Shown piece after piece: positions 8,868 through 18,279 of a DNA stretch of 64,000 bases. The notes below the pieces were generated by a model. That model was not told where the DNA came from, ran no database searches, and saw only the letters and a list, made by a program, of their open reading frames with translations. Every line of letters starts with the position of its first letter. Positions within the stretch are counted from its first letter, which is position 1. A program made the translations under genes and the position numbers. The DNA is from Ignavibacteriota bacterium (GTDB lineage Bacteria; Bacteroidota; Ignavibacteria; UBA10030; UBA6906): assembly GCA_963801355.1 (NCBI GenBank), contig CAWDEM010000004.1:1248001-1312000 (forward strand). The letters are read 5' to 3'.

Positions 8868-11201
8868 ATGCCGATACTCAAACAATTCCTGACCACAATC
8901 ACTGTCATTGACATCCAGCCATCCGGCCCGCTTGTCGAATCCACCGTCGCGAACGAGATGCGGAGTACATCATGTCCGTCGGCCAACGTCCGCCGGTCGC
9001 CTGGCCTCTCTGTTGCTCCCCGGAGCGTGCGCGTCGCCGTTGCCGGTGACTCCGCGGCGTGGAAGACAATTCACCCGGCTCTGGCCACCCATGAACGGTG
9101 GCTGATGGTTCGTGTGAAGGGAGATGGGATGGAGCTCCTGGCCTCACACACCCATCTCCTGTATCAGGTCTGGACCTTCGTGCAGGACGAGTGGGCCTCT
9201 CTGAATGTTGCCGCATTTCACGATGGGAAAATCCTCATACCGACGTTCCCTGCAGTGCGACCGGTGTACGACATTCTCCTGACGCAAATCGCGCGCACAG
9301 CACGGGATTTTAACAAGGAAGAGCACTTCAAGACGCTGGCACGGATGGGTTCGACCTATGCGGAAGTGAACGGCCTTGCCTTTCCGGTGCCTATAGAAAC
9401 CGGCCCGCGGGGTGAAGTCCTCCACCGCTTCTACACGTACTGCCCGGCGCTTGACCAATTCGTCACAAGCCGCTTGAACAAGGGAATCTATGACAACGAC
9501 TACCTGCAGGCGAACCTCAACAACCTGAAACACAACGCGGCACTGGCCGAAAAATATGGTCTCATCCCCGGGCTGGTCTGCTTCGAACCACGCTCCGTAC
9601 CCGATGAACTGCTGAACCGTTATCCCGTTTTGCGCGGCGCGCGGGTGGATCATCCGATGCGCAGCTTCAGGCCGCGCTTCAATCTTTCTGTGGCACATCC
9701 CGTGGTCCTGGATCATTATTCCGAATTGATGGAAAATCTGATGCATGAGGTGCCGCGACTGGACTACCTTTCGGTCTGGTCGAATGACAGCGGTGCCGGC
9801 TTCGAGTACACGAGCTCACTCTATGTGGGCCGCAACGGCGGTGGTTACCTCGTGCGCGAATGGCTGGCCGCAAAGGATATCGCCTCCGCCGCGGCATTCA
9901 ACCTCGTCCGCTTCATCAAGACCCTGAGGGATGCGGGACGGCGTGTGAATCCGCGGTTCAGGACGCTCATCCGCCTCGAACCATTCTGGGAGGAGCACGA
10001 TTACATCTGGAGCATGCTCGAAGAAGGGCTGGACGTCGAAGTGTCGTCTCTTCTGACCAAGGGATGGGAACTCGCCTACAAACATCCACGCTACGAGGAA
10101 GTGCCGCAGATTCACGGCACGGCTCTCTATAGCACGTTCGTGAAGCAGGAACGGGCAGTCCTCGACGACCTCGAGAAGAAGGGATCGCACGCTGATGTCT
10201 ATTGCGTCCCCGGCGCTCTCCAGAATCACGATCCGATCATCGGTACAGCATTCCCGGCAATGATCTACAAAAAACTGCATGATATGGCGTCTGCGCGCGT
10301 GACAACGGCCGCCTACCTGGGCGGGGCCACGCAACAGTCCTTTGCTCCCTACAATATCAACCAGGAAATCGTGCGGGCATTCCAGTTTGATCGAAACCTT
10401 GATTTGCCCTCGTTCCTCCTGAAGAAAGCCGCGGAATGGATCGGACCTGAACTGGCCGCCGACCTGGTGCGTCTCTGGGAGATCTCCGAAGACGCGTACA
10501 CCTGTTTCCCCATCCCCATCTGGATCTTTTCCGGATGGAGCGTCTGGTACCGGCTGTTCATCCGGCCGATCGTTCCCGATATTGATGCCATTCCGGAGTC
10601 CGATCGTGCATACTATGAAGACTTCTTGCTGGCGACGTCGCACAACCGGGCCAGGGTCGACTTCCGCTACGATGTGGGCTTTGATCTCTGTGAACCCGAA
10701 CGGGCTTGGCTCGCAGTGAAGCACATGGATGAAGACCTGTTCCCGAGGATGGAGCGCGCGGTTGCGCTGGCCAAATCCCTCCTGGACCGCGCAACCAATG
10801 ACCAGGCGCGTTCCTGCGCCCGGGATCAATATGACCGGACACGGGGATTGCTCTACTGGTACCGCACGCAACGTGCCGTGACCGCCTGGGTGGCAGGCGT
10901 GCACACGTACCTGACGACACACGACGCGGCGAAAAGGAAAGAATGCCGTGAGCTGCTGCGGAAGATGGTGCTTGACGACATTCAGAACACGCGCGACCTG
11001 CTGGAGCTCTGGGAAACCTCCACCACGAACTGGATCCTGATCTCGGGAGTGGCGGAAACCACGTTCATCTACTACAGTAACTTCGGGGACTTGCTGAAAC
11101 GCAAGATCGCACTTGCCACAGGTCATGAGAACGACGAACCGTACGTCGATCCAGACTACCAGTGGCGTGTTCCGGGGTTCACAAAGGAGGTGCAGCGATA
11201 A
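8868..11201 (+). CDS. Large hypothetical protein, possibly glycoside-hydrolase-like fold
   Basis: 777-aa ORF with operon-like spacing and upstream GAAAGG; no family confidently recognised. Confidence 0.7.
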   Translation: MPILKQFLTTITVIDIQPSGPLVESTVANEMRSTSCPSANVRRSPGLSVAPRSVRVAVAGDSAAWKTIHPALATHERWLMVRVKGDGMELLASHTHLLYQVWTFVQDEWASLNVAAFHDGKILIPTFPAVRPVYDILLTQIARTARDFNKEEHFKTLARMGSTYAEVNGLAFPVPIETGPRGEVLHRFYTYCPALDQFVTSRLNKGIYDNDYLQANLNNLKHNAALAEKYGLIPGLVCFEPRSVPDELLNRYPVLRGARVDHPMRSFRPRFNLSVAHPVVLDHYSELMENLMHEVPRLDYLSVWSNDSGAGFEYTSSLYVGRNGGGYLVREWLAAKDIASAAAFNLVRFIKTLRDAGRRVNPRFRTLIRLEPFWEEHDYIWSMLEEGLDVEVSSLLTKGWELAYKHPRYEEVPQIHGTALYSTFVKQERAVLDDLEKKGSHADVYCVPGALQNHDPIIGTAFPAMIYKKLHDMASARVTTAAYLGGATQQSFAPYNINQEIVRAFQFDRNLDLPSFLLKKAAEWIGPELAADLVRLWEISEDAYTCFPIPIWIFSGWSVWYRLFIRPIVPDIDAIPESDRAYYEDFLLATSHNRARVDFRYDVGFDLCEPERAWLAVKHMDEDLFPRMERAVALAKSLLDRATNDQARSCARDQYDRTRGLLYWYRTQRAVTAWVAGVHTYLTTHDAAKRKECRELLRKMVLDDIQNTRDLLELWETSTTNWILISGVAETTFIYYSNFGDLLKRKIALATGHENDEPYVDPDYQWRVPGFTKEVQR

Positions 11202-12385
11202 AGCGCGGGCGGGACATTGCGGTACTGGTTGCACCTGATTCCTTCAAAGGAACGCTCAGCGCGCAGCAGGCGGCTGAGGCTATGGGGGAGGGCGTTCACG
11301 ACGTCATCCCCGGGAGTCCGGTCACGCTGATGCCGCTGTCCGACGGCGGTGAAGGACTGCTGGATGTGCTGCTGCCTGTGCTGGGCGGGGAAATCCAGCG
11401 GGCGAGAGTGGCCGGGCCTCTCCTGGGCCAGACGGTCGAAGCCCGCTGGGGATTCGTGGAATCCTCACGGACCGCCGTTCTGGAGATGGCAGAGGCCGCC
11501 GGGCTCGGCCTGGTCCCCCCGCAACAACGTGATCCCCGCATTACCACCACTCTTGGTGTGGGTCAAATTGTTCACTGTGCCCTCGATCGCGGAGCGCGCA
11601 CCCTGATCATCGGGATCGGGGGGAGCGGGACGAATGACGGGGGTGCAGGGATGGCGCAGGCTCTTGGCGTGCGGCTCCGCGACAACGCGGGGGATGAACT
11701 GCCGCCCGGCGGTGCCGCACTTGAGCGCCTTGCGTCGATTGATGTTGCCGGAGTCGATCCGCGCATCGCGGGGACGACCGTTCTCGTCGCATGCGATGTC
11801 CGTAACCCTCTCACGGGACCCGAAGGTGCCTCGGCGATATTCGGACCGCAGAAAGGTGCTTCACCCGGCGACGTTGCTCTTCTCGATGCAGCACTCACGA
11901 AGTACCGGGAGTTGCTTCTTGAAACGATCCACATCGATGTCCAGCATGTGCCCGGCAGCGGTGCTGCCGGCGGTCTCGGTGCCGGACTCGTGGCATTCTG
12001 CGGCGCGACTCTGCGTTCCGGGATTGACCTCGTTCTCGATCAGACAGGTTTTGACGCGGCGCTGGCCGGTGTCGATCTTGTGCTGACAGGAGAGGGGAGG
12101 ATTGACGCACAGACGCGCTATGGCAAAGTACTTTCGGGTGTACTCTCCCGTGCCCGCCGCAGGGGAATCCCCGTTGCCGCAATCGTCGGAGACATCACCG
12201 GCACACAGGGTGATTTCGTGGGCCCGGAGGGCTTTCTGGGCCTTGCCGCCCTGGTGGGACCGGAAACCGGACTGCAGGAAGCAATGGCACAGGCGCGACA
12301 CCTGGTCCGCAGGAGAACCGCACAACTTATCGCACAACTCATTCCCCACTTGAACCAACAGAGATCTGATTCCCATGCTCCTTAG
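11198..12385 (+). CDS. glxK: Glycerate kinase (GlxK/GarK family); probable ATA start, alternative GTG at 11162
   Basis: APDSFKG, DGGEG, GIGGSGTNDGG, DVRNPL, GAAGG, TGEGRID motifs. Confidence 0.9.
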   Translation: MKRGRDIAVLVAPDSFKGTLSAQQAAEAMGEGVHDVIPGSPVTLMPLSDGGEGLLDVLLPVLGGEIQRARVAGPLLGQTVEARWGFVESSRTAVLEMAEAAGLGLVPPQQRDPRITTTLGVGQIVHCALDRGARTLIIGIGGSGTNDGGAGMAQALGVRLRDNAGDELPPGGAALERLASIDVAGVDPRIAGTTVLVACDVRNPLTGPEGASAIFGPQKGASPGDVALLDAALTKYRELLLETIHIDVQHVPGSGAAGGLGAGLVAFCGATLRSGIDLVLDQTGFDAALAGVDLVLTGEGRIDAQTRYGKVLSGVLSRARRRGIPVAAIVGDITGTQGDFVGPEGFLGLAALVGPETGLQEAMAQARHLVRRRTAQLIAQLIPHLNQQRSDSHAP

Positions 12386-14174
12386 CGAAATCAAACAAGT
12401 CAACATCCTGGATCTCCTGGTGATTGCCGGCTATCTGCTGCTGCTCACCGGAGTCGGCATCTATCTGACACGGTTCAACAAGACCGTGGATGATTTCTTC
12501 AAAGGAGGTGGAAAGATCCCCTGGTGGATTTCCGGGCTCTCCACCTTCGTGGCCGGTTTTTCGGCTTTCATGTTCGTCGGCGCAGCAGGATTTTCGTACA
12601 AGTATGGCGGCGGCGCGGTCATCATGTTCACCAGCGCATTCTGGGGTTACGGATTGGGGTACTTCGTGTATGCGACCCTCTGGCGCCGATCACGTCTCTC
12701 CTCGCCGATGGAGTTCCTGACCAGGCGTTTTTCCCAGGGGACGACGTACTACTATACTCTCCTGTCGATCGTACCCTCCATCATGGGGCTCGGCCTGGGC
12801 ATTTACATACTCTGCATTTTTGTCGCCTCGGCATTGGGGATTATGGGCTGGTCGGTGGACCTGGGGCTCTTCCGTCTGACGGGACTTGAAGCATCGATGA
12901 TCATCACCGGCGTCGTCATGCTCATCTACACGAGTGCCGGCGGACTATGGGCGGTGGTGATCACGGATTCTCTCCAGTTCTTCATCATCCTTATTGTCAG
13001 CCTGCTCATCTTCCCGCTGGCGTTCATGGCTCTCGGATCGGGGAACATGCTGTCGGGTGTGCAGCGTCTCTTTGCGGAGGCTCCGGCGGAGTACATGAGC
13101 CTGCGTGATCTGTTCACGCGGCCGGAATTCTACACTGCCTACTTCCTGAGCTCCCTTATCGGCTACAATGCCGCATGGCATATCGGCCAACGCTACTACA
13201 GCGTCCCGACGGAGCACGATTCAAGGAAGATGGCTATCCTGTGCGCCGTCCTGAGTCTCTTCCTGCCGTTCTTCTGGATAGCACCGACCATGGCCGCCCG
13301 CGTTATGTTTCCGGACATGGCGCACCTCTGGCCGCAACTCACCGAGCCGGCAGAGGCGTCCTATGTGACGCTCGCCCTGACACTTCTTCCCAACGGCCTG
13401 ATCGGGTTGACAATCTCCGCTATTCTGGCGGCCACCATGACATCCATCGATACCCAGCTCAACTACCTCGGCTCCATACTCGTACGGGATGTCTACGTCC
13501 GCCTGCGCACGGTCGTCCGTCATGCGGTGCCGCCTGCGGGCGAACAGCTGTTGATGAGCCGGGTGACGGCGTTTACGCTCGGCATCCTTGCGATCATCAC
13601 GGCGGTCATCGTCCAGCGCTCAAAAGGAGTGTTTGATTTTGCGCTCATGTACTACTCCTGGTTTGGCCCCTCGATGTTCACGCCGGTCATGCTCGGCCTG
13701 ATCTTCCGGAAAACACCATCATGGTCGGCAAGCGCCTCGGCAACAGCGGGGCTCCTGTTTGTCCTTATCGCAAATGTGGTGATTGACGTGACACCGCACC
13801 AGTACGAAGTGAACATTTTCGGCGGCGTCGGCATCTCGGCGCTGGTGTTCTTCCTGTCGAAATTCTGGAAGGAACGGGATGCGGAGAGAGCGCGCAACCG
13901 GGAGGCCTTCGACGCGGATCTGCGGACCCCCGTTACAGACGAGTCATTGCGATGGTCCGGCAATGCGCTCGAGTCGTACCGGCTTGTCGGCATAATGACA
14001 GGTGCTATCGGCCTCACCGTCCTCGGCCTCGCGATTGTCCCTGCCGCACCTCAGGTACACATCCTGAGCGCGGCTCTTGGACTCGGGACCACGCTTATCG
14101 GGGGGATGATGGTCTGGTATTTCCGCAAGCAGGTCAAAGTGACGGAGGCGGAGAACAAGGAGAAGCACCGATGA
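12375..14174 (+). CDS. Sodium:solute symporter (SSS) family transporter
   Basis: Many hydrophobic segments; DFFKGG..IPWW, GGLWAVVITD, QRY, AATMTSID motifs. Confidence 0.9.
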   Translation: MLLSEIKQVNILDLLVIAGYLLLLTGVGIYLTRFNKTVDDFFKGGGKIPWWISGLSTFVAGFSAFMFVGAAGFSYKYGGGAVIMFTSAFWGYGLGYFVYATLWRRSRLSSPMEFLTRRFSQGTTYYYTLLSIVPSIMGLGLGIYILCIFVASALGIMGWSVDLGLFRLTGLEASMIITGVVMLIYTSAGGLWAVVITDSLQFFIILIVSLLIFPLAFMALGSGNMLSGVQRLFAEAPAEYMSLRDLFTRPEFYTAYFLSSLIGYNAAWHIGQRYYSVPTEHDSRKMAILCAVLSLFLPFFWIAPTMAARVMFPDMAHLWPQLTEPAEASYVTLALTLLPNGLIGLTISAILAATMTSIDTQLNYLGSILVRDVYVRLRTVVRHAVPPAGEQLLMSRVTAFTLGILAIITAVIVQRSKGVFDFALMYYSWFGPSMFTPVMLGLIFRKTPSWSASASATAGLLFVLIANVVIDVTPHQYEVNIFGGVGISALVFFLSKFWKERDAERARNREAFDADLRTPVTDESLRWSGNALESYRLVGIMTGAIGLTVLGLAIVPAAPQVHILSAALGLGTTLIGGMMVWYFRKQVKVTEAENKEKHR

Positions 14175-15091
14175 GCCGCATCATCAGGGTGAGTGCCGCA
14201 CAGCTCCCTGCCGTTGTGGAGGGAGGCTCCGCGGCCGCACGCCGTGCCCGGAATCGCAAAGACATTCTGTCGTTCCTGCGGATTGCCGGAGAGCGATCCT
14301 CCGACCTTGTCCTGTTCGGCGAGTATGCGAACCTCGATCACCGGTCCACCTCATCGCGGAAGAAGGACTACCTTCCCGACAGTATACCGGGACAGTTCAC
14401 AGGGCTGGTCGGACGGGCCGCGCGCAAGTACAGGATGAATGTGATCATGCCGATGTACGGCACCTGGCGGGGGGCAGTGTCAAGCCAGGCTGTGGTCTTT
14501 GACCGGAACGGCGACATTCTGGGATGCTACCAGAAATCCCATGACACGCAGCCGGAACAGGATCTGGGCATGCAGCGGGGCAACGAACTCCCCGTCTTCA
14601 CGCTCGATTGTGTGCGCATAGGCATCATGACCTGTATGGACATCGAGTACCCCGAAGTCGCACAGGTACTCATGGTGCGTGGAGCTGAACTCCTCCTCTT
14701 TCCTCACGTGCAGTCCGGCTGGGGGGAGGTGGACTGGGAGATACGGTACCGGGCCCGGGCCGTCGATACCGGGCTTCCGTTGCTGTCCGCCTGCTATGGT
14801 TATCCCGAAGGACAGTGGATGCCCGGCAAGATGATCGGACGCACCAGTCTCATTGGCCGGGACGGATTGGTCCTTGCCGATATCGGCCGGCGCATCGGCG
14901 TTCTGACGGTAGACCTGGACATCGCCCAGGGCCGGGTGACACAGTTCTATTTCAACAAGGCCTACCCGCGCACGACGGCGATTGTGGCATCCCGCCGCCC
15001 TGAATTGTATCATGATCTCACAGATGCCGGCGCGAGGGATCGAGCGCTCAAACATCTTCCTCTGTCGCAGAAAGGAACACCACGTGGCTGA
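14171..15091 (+). CDS. Carbon-nitrogen hydrolase (nitrilase superfamily)
   Basis: E-K-C triad in FGEYA / YQKSH / TCMD; RRPELY; ATGA overlap. Confidence 0.9.
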   Translation: MSRIIRVSAAQLPAVVEGGSAAARRARNRKDILSFLRIAGERSSDLVLFGEYANLDHRSTSSRKKDYLPDSIPGQFTGLVGRAARKYRMNVIMPMYGTWRGAVSSQAVVFDRNGDILGCYQKSHDTQPEQDLGMQRGNELPVFTLDCVRIGIMTCMDIEYPEVAQVLMVRGAELLLFPHVQSGWGEVDWEIRYRARAVDTGLPLLSACYGYPEGQWMPGKMIGRTSLIGRDGLVLADIGRRIGVLTVDLDIAQGRVTQFYFNKAYPRTTAIVASRRPELYHDLTDAGARDRALKHLPLSQKGTPRG

Positions 15092-15878
15092 CACGACACC
15101 GGTAGCCATCGTCACAGGCGCAAGCCGTGGACTGGGGCGGGGTATCGCCGTGCAATTGGCGGAGCTGGGATTCTCCGTCGTTGTCAATTTCTCCGGAAAC
15201 GCCGCCGCAGCGAGTGAGACAGTCGAACTCTGCCGTTCCCGGCAGAGTCAGATTGACCAGAAGTTCGTCCCGTTCCAGGCCGATATGGCCGAACAGGCTG
15301 ACCGGGTGCGGCTGGTCGAACAAACGCTTGGCGCACTGGGACGAATCGATGCGCTGGTCAACAATGCAGGGGTCGGTCCGCTGGTGCGTGCAGATGTGAC
15401 CGAAACTTCCCCAGAATCCTTCGATCGCGTCATGCGGGTGAACCTGGAAGGCCCGTTCTTTCTCACACAGGCGGTCGTCAACTACTGGCTCTCGCAGCGC
15501 CCCGATCCGTTGCTTCCTCACGGTTTCTCCATCGTGAATATCTCCTCCATATCCGCGAATACCGCGTCACTCAACAGGGGTGAGTACTGTATCTCCAAGG
15601 CGGGCCTTGCCATGGTGACACAGCTCTGGGCCGTGCGGCTCGCCTCCTCGCGCATTCATGTCTTCGAACTGCGGCCGGGTATCATGGCGACGGACATGAC
15701 GAGTGTCGTGAAGGAGAAGTACGAGAGGATGATGGGCGAAGGGCTCGTGCCCCAGAACCGCTGGGGCCGCCCCGATGACGTCGGAAAAGCTGTCGGCGCA
15801 CTAGTGACCGGGGCCTTCCCATATTCCACCGGGAGTGTCATCTATCTGGACGGTGGGATGCATCTCAGAAGATTCTAA
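15084..15878 (+). CDS. SDR oxidoreductase
   Basis: TGASRGLG, NNAG, YCISK, DGG motifs; GTG start after AAAGGA. Confidence 0.9.
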   Translation: MADTTPVAIVTGASRGLGRGIAVQLAELGFSVVVNFSGNAAAASETVELCRSRQSQIDQKFVPFQADMAEQADRVRLVEQTLGALGRIDALVNNAGVGPLVRADVTETSPESFDRVMRVNLEGPFFLTQAVVNYWLSQRPDPLLPHGFSIVNISSISANTASLNRGEYCISKAGLAMVTQLWAVRLASSRIHVFELRPGIMATDMTSVVKEKYERMMGEGLVPQNRWGRPDDVGKAVGALVTGAFPYSTGSVIYLDGGMHLRRF

Positions 15879-15904
15879 CATCAACACTAACCTGAACGAC
15901 TATC

Positions 15905-17278
15905 ATGCTCACCATCGATACATCTCTCACCCCGGAGAAGCTCCTTCCCGGAATCGACAGGGTCTTCTCTGTGTCGGCAAAGAAGATCGACGCACTCCAG
16001 AAACGCTGGGATCCCGCGCGTGGTACGCCGGTATTCACCGTGCGGGGTGAATACACGTCGCGGGGGTGGACTGAGTGGACGCAGGGCTTCCAGTTCGGGT
16101 CTGCCATACTGCAGTTTGACGCGACAGGTGATGAACATTTCCTCGCCATCGGGCGCGATGCGACGGTCCGGTACATGGCCACTCATGTCAGTCATATTGG
16201 AGTGCACGACCACGGTTTCAACAATATCAGCACCTACGGCAATCTGCTGCGGCTCATGAACGAGGGCAGAATGCCCGAAAATCCGTGGGAGCGGGCATTC
16301 TATGCTCTGGCCCTGAAGGTGAGCGGCGCAGTTCAGGCTGCGCGGTGGACCGATCTGGGAAGCGGCAGGGGGTACATTTATTCCTTTAACGGGCCGCACT
16401 CTCTCTTTGCCGATACGGTGCGCTCGCTCCGTGTGCTCGCCGTGGCTCACCGGTTCGGCCATGTGCTGATGGGAGAAAAGGACCGGAAGATATCGCTTCT
16501 GGACCGGCTCATCCGCCACGCCGACGCGACGGCCGAGTTCAACGTGTATTTCGGCGTAGGACGCGATGCGTATGACGTCCGGGGCAGGGTCGCCCATGAG
16601 GCAATATTCAACCTGAACGACGGCTCCTACCGTTGTCCCAGCTCACAACAGGGATACTCTCCCTTCAGCACGTGGACACGGGGCCATGCGTGGATACTCT
16701 GCGGCTTCGCAGAACAGCTTGAATTTCTGGACACTCTTGCCGGAACTGACTTCGTGTTCGGGGAGTCGAAGGAAGAGATCATGAAGAGATACCTCAACAC
16801 CGCGATCGCCGTTGCAGAGTTCTATCTGTCGCAAACACCTGTTGATGGCATTCCCTACTGGGACACCGGGGCGCCCGGGCTGGCGCGGATGGGGGACTAC
16901 CTGAACCGCCCCGCCGACCCGTTCAATGATCACGAGCCGGTGGACAGTTCTGCTGCGGCGATTGCAGCGCAGGGACTCATTCGACTGGGGAATTTTCTCT
17001 CAAAAAATGCGGAAGACCTCAAGGGAACCCGCTACAGGAAGGCGGGGCTCACCGTGGCAAAGACCCTTTTCGGGGAGCCCTATCTGTCAACCGATGCCGC
17101 ACATGAAGGGTTGATTCTGCACTCGGTGTACCACCGTCCCAACGGGTGGGATTATGTGCCGGAGGGGCACAAGGTCCCCTGTGGAGAAGCAACAATGTGG
17201 GGAGACTACCACTCGCGCGAGCTCGCGCTTCTCGTACAACGCATGGCGAAAGGCCAGCCGTACTATACATTCTTCTAG
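15905..17278 (+). CDS. GH88-like unsaturated glucuronyl hydrolase
   Basis: WTQGF, HDHGF, WTRGHAW, PYWD, DSSAAAI, WGDY motifs. Confidence 0.8.
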   Translation: MLTIDTSLTPEKLLPGIDRVFSVSAKKIDALQKRWDPARGTPVFTVRGEYTSRGWTEWTQGFQFGSAILQFDATGDEHFLAIGRDATVRYMATHVSHIGVHDHGFNNISTYGNLLRLMNEGRMPENPWERAFYALALKVSGAVQAARWTDLGSGRGYIYSFNGPHSLFADTVRSLRVLAVAHRFGHVLMGEKDRKISLLDRLIRHADATAEFNVYFGVGRDAYDVRGRVAHEAIFNLNDGSYRCPSSQQGYSPFSTWTRGHAWILCGFAEQLEFLDTLAGTDFVFGESKEEIMKRYLNTAIAVAEFYLSQTPVDGIPYWDTGAPGLARMGDYLNRPADPFNDHEPVDSSAAAIAAQGLIRLGNFLSKNAEDLKGTRYRKAGLTVAKTLFGEPYLSTDAAHEGLILHSVYHRPNGWDYVPEGHKVPCGEATMWGDYHSRELALLVQRMAKGQPYYTFF

Positions 17279-18268
17279 CTGGTCTCCGCAGCAAAGAATG
17301 TCCAGAGGTTCTGCATCGGCGCCTGAGCAGGAACATCACACCCCGACGAGATCACGAAATTCTTGTACAGTGCCGTTGCCTCGAGCAACTTCTCTGTTTT
17401 CATGCGTGACTTCCGCGACTGTTCCGTTGACGAAAACCTCCGACGGATCGAGGTTTCCGCAGAGTACCACGTCGTTCGGAACCTGCTCCAGCGCTGCAAC
17501 GATGTCCATCGGCTTTCCGAAGTGAAAAATGCGCGCACCGGTCTCAAGGCTCGGTGCAAGGTGGGTGATCCTGGCCCCGCAATTGTGCAGGATCACCTGG
17601 AAGTCGTTGTCGTTTACCGCTGTAACGATCTGACGGACGTACGGTGTGCAGAACTGCCGGAATGACGCCGGTGACATCAATCCCGCCGTAGGTTCCGCCA
17701 TGAGCACGCCGTGAGCACCCGCCTCTTTGAACGCGCGGGCATAGGCGATGAGAAATGCGGTGGTCTTTTCCAGGAGCGTGTGCATGAGTTCCGGCTCGCC
17801 CATGGTTTCCGCCAGCGCCTCACTCACGCCATAGAGTCGACCTGCCAGCGAAAAGGGGCCGATCATCCCGCCGAGAACCAGCGCGCCGGCGACCCGTGCA
17901 CGCAGCCGTCGTACCGTCGCGAGATAGACTCCGGTGCGTTTCGTCCCGATCTTCGGGATCGCCAATGACGCGATGCCGTTGCCCTCCGTGAGGTAACGGC
18001 CCACGACGGAGGGAATTTCCCAGTCGTCCATCGTGATTGTCGCCCCGAAGGCTTCTGCCTCAACGCTCAAATCCATTGCCGACAGAACGAAGGGCGTCTG
18101 GAACTGTGCCTGCAGTGCCTCCGATGCCGCACATTGCTTCACCGGGTCGGTCACCATTTCGCGAACATTGGTATGCGTGAGTCGCGCACCGGGGAACGTT
18201 ATGATCGGCATGAAAAGACGGCTGGGAGAAGAGAGAATCGTTGCGACCAGTTGCGGTGTTGCGGTCAT
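17275..18268 (-). pseudogene. MtaA/CmuA-type corrinoid methyltransferase (URO-D fold) with an apparent frameshift near 17403 (real lesion or assembly error)
   Basis: DLSVEAEAFG, GPFSLA, ILHNCG, GNLDP in one frame; conserved tail NFVISSGCDVP only in the adjacent frame ending at 17275. Confidence 0.8.
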
Positions 18269-18279
18269 ACAGAGTCCTT

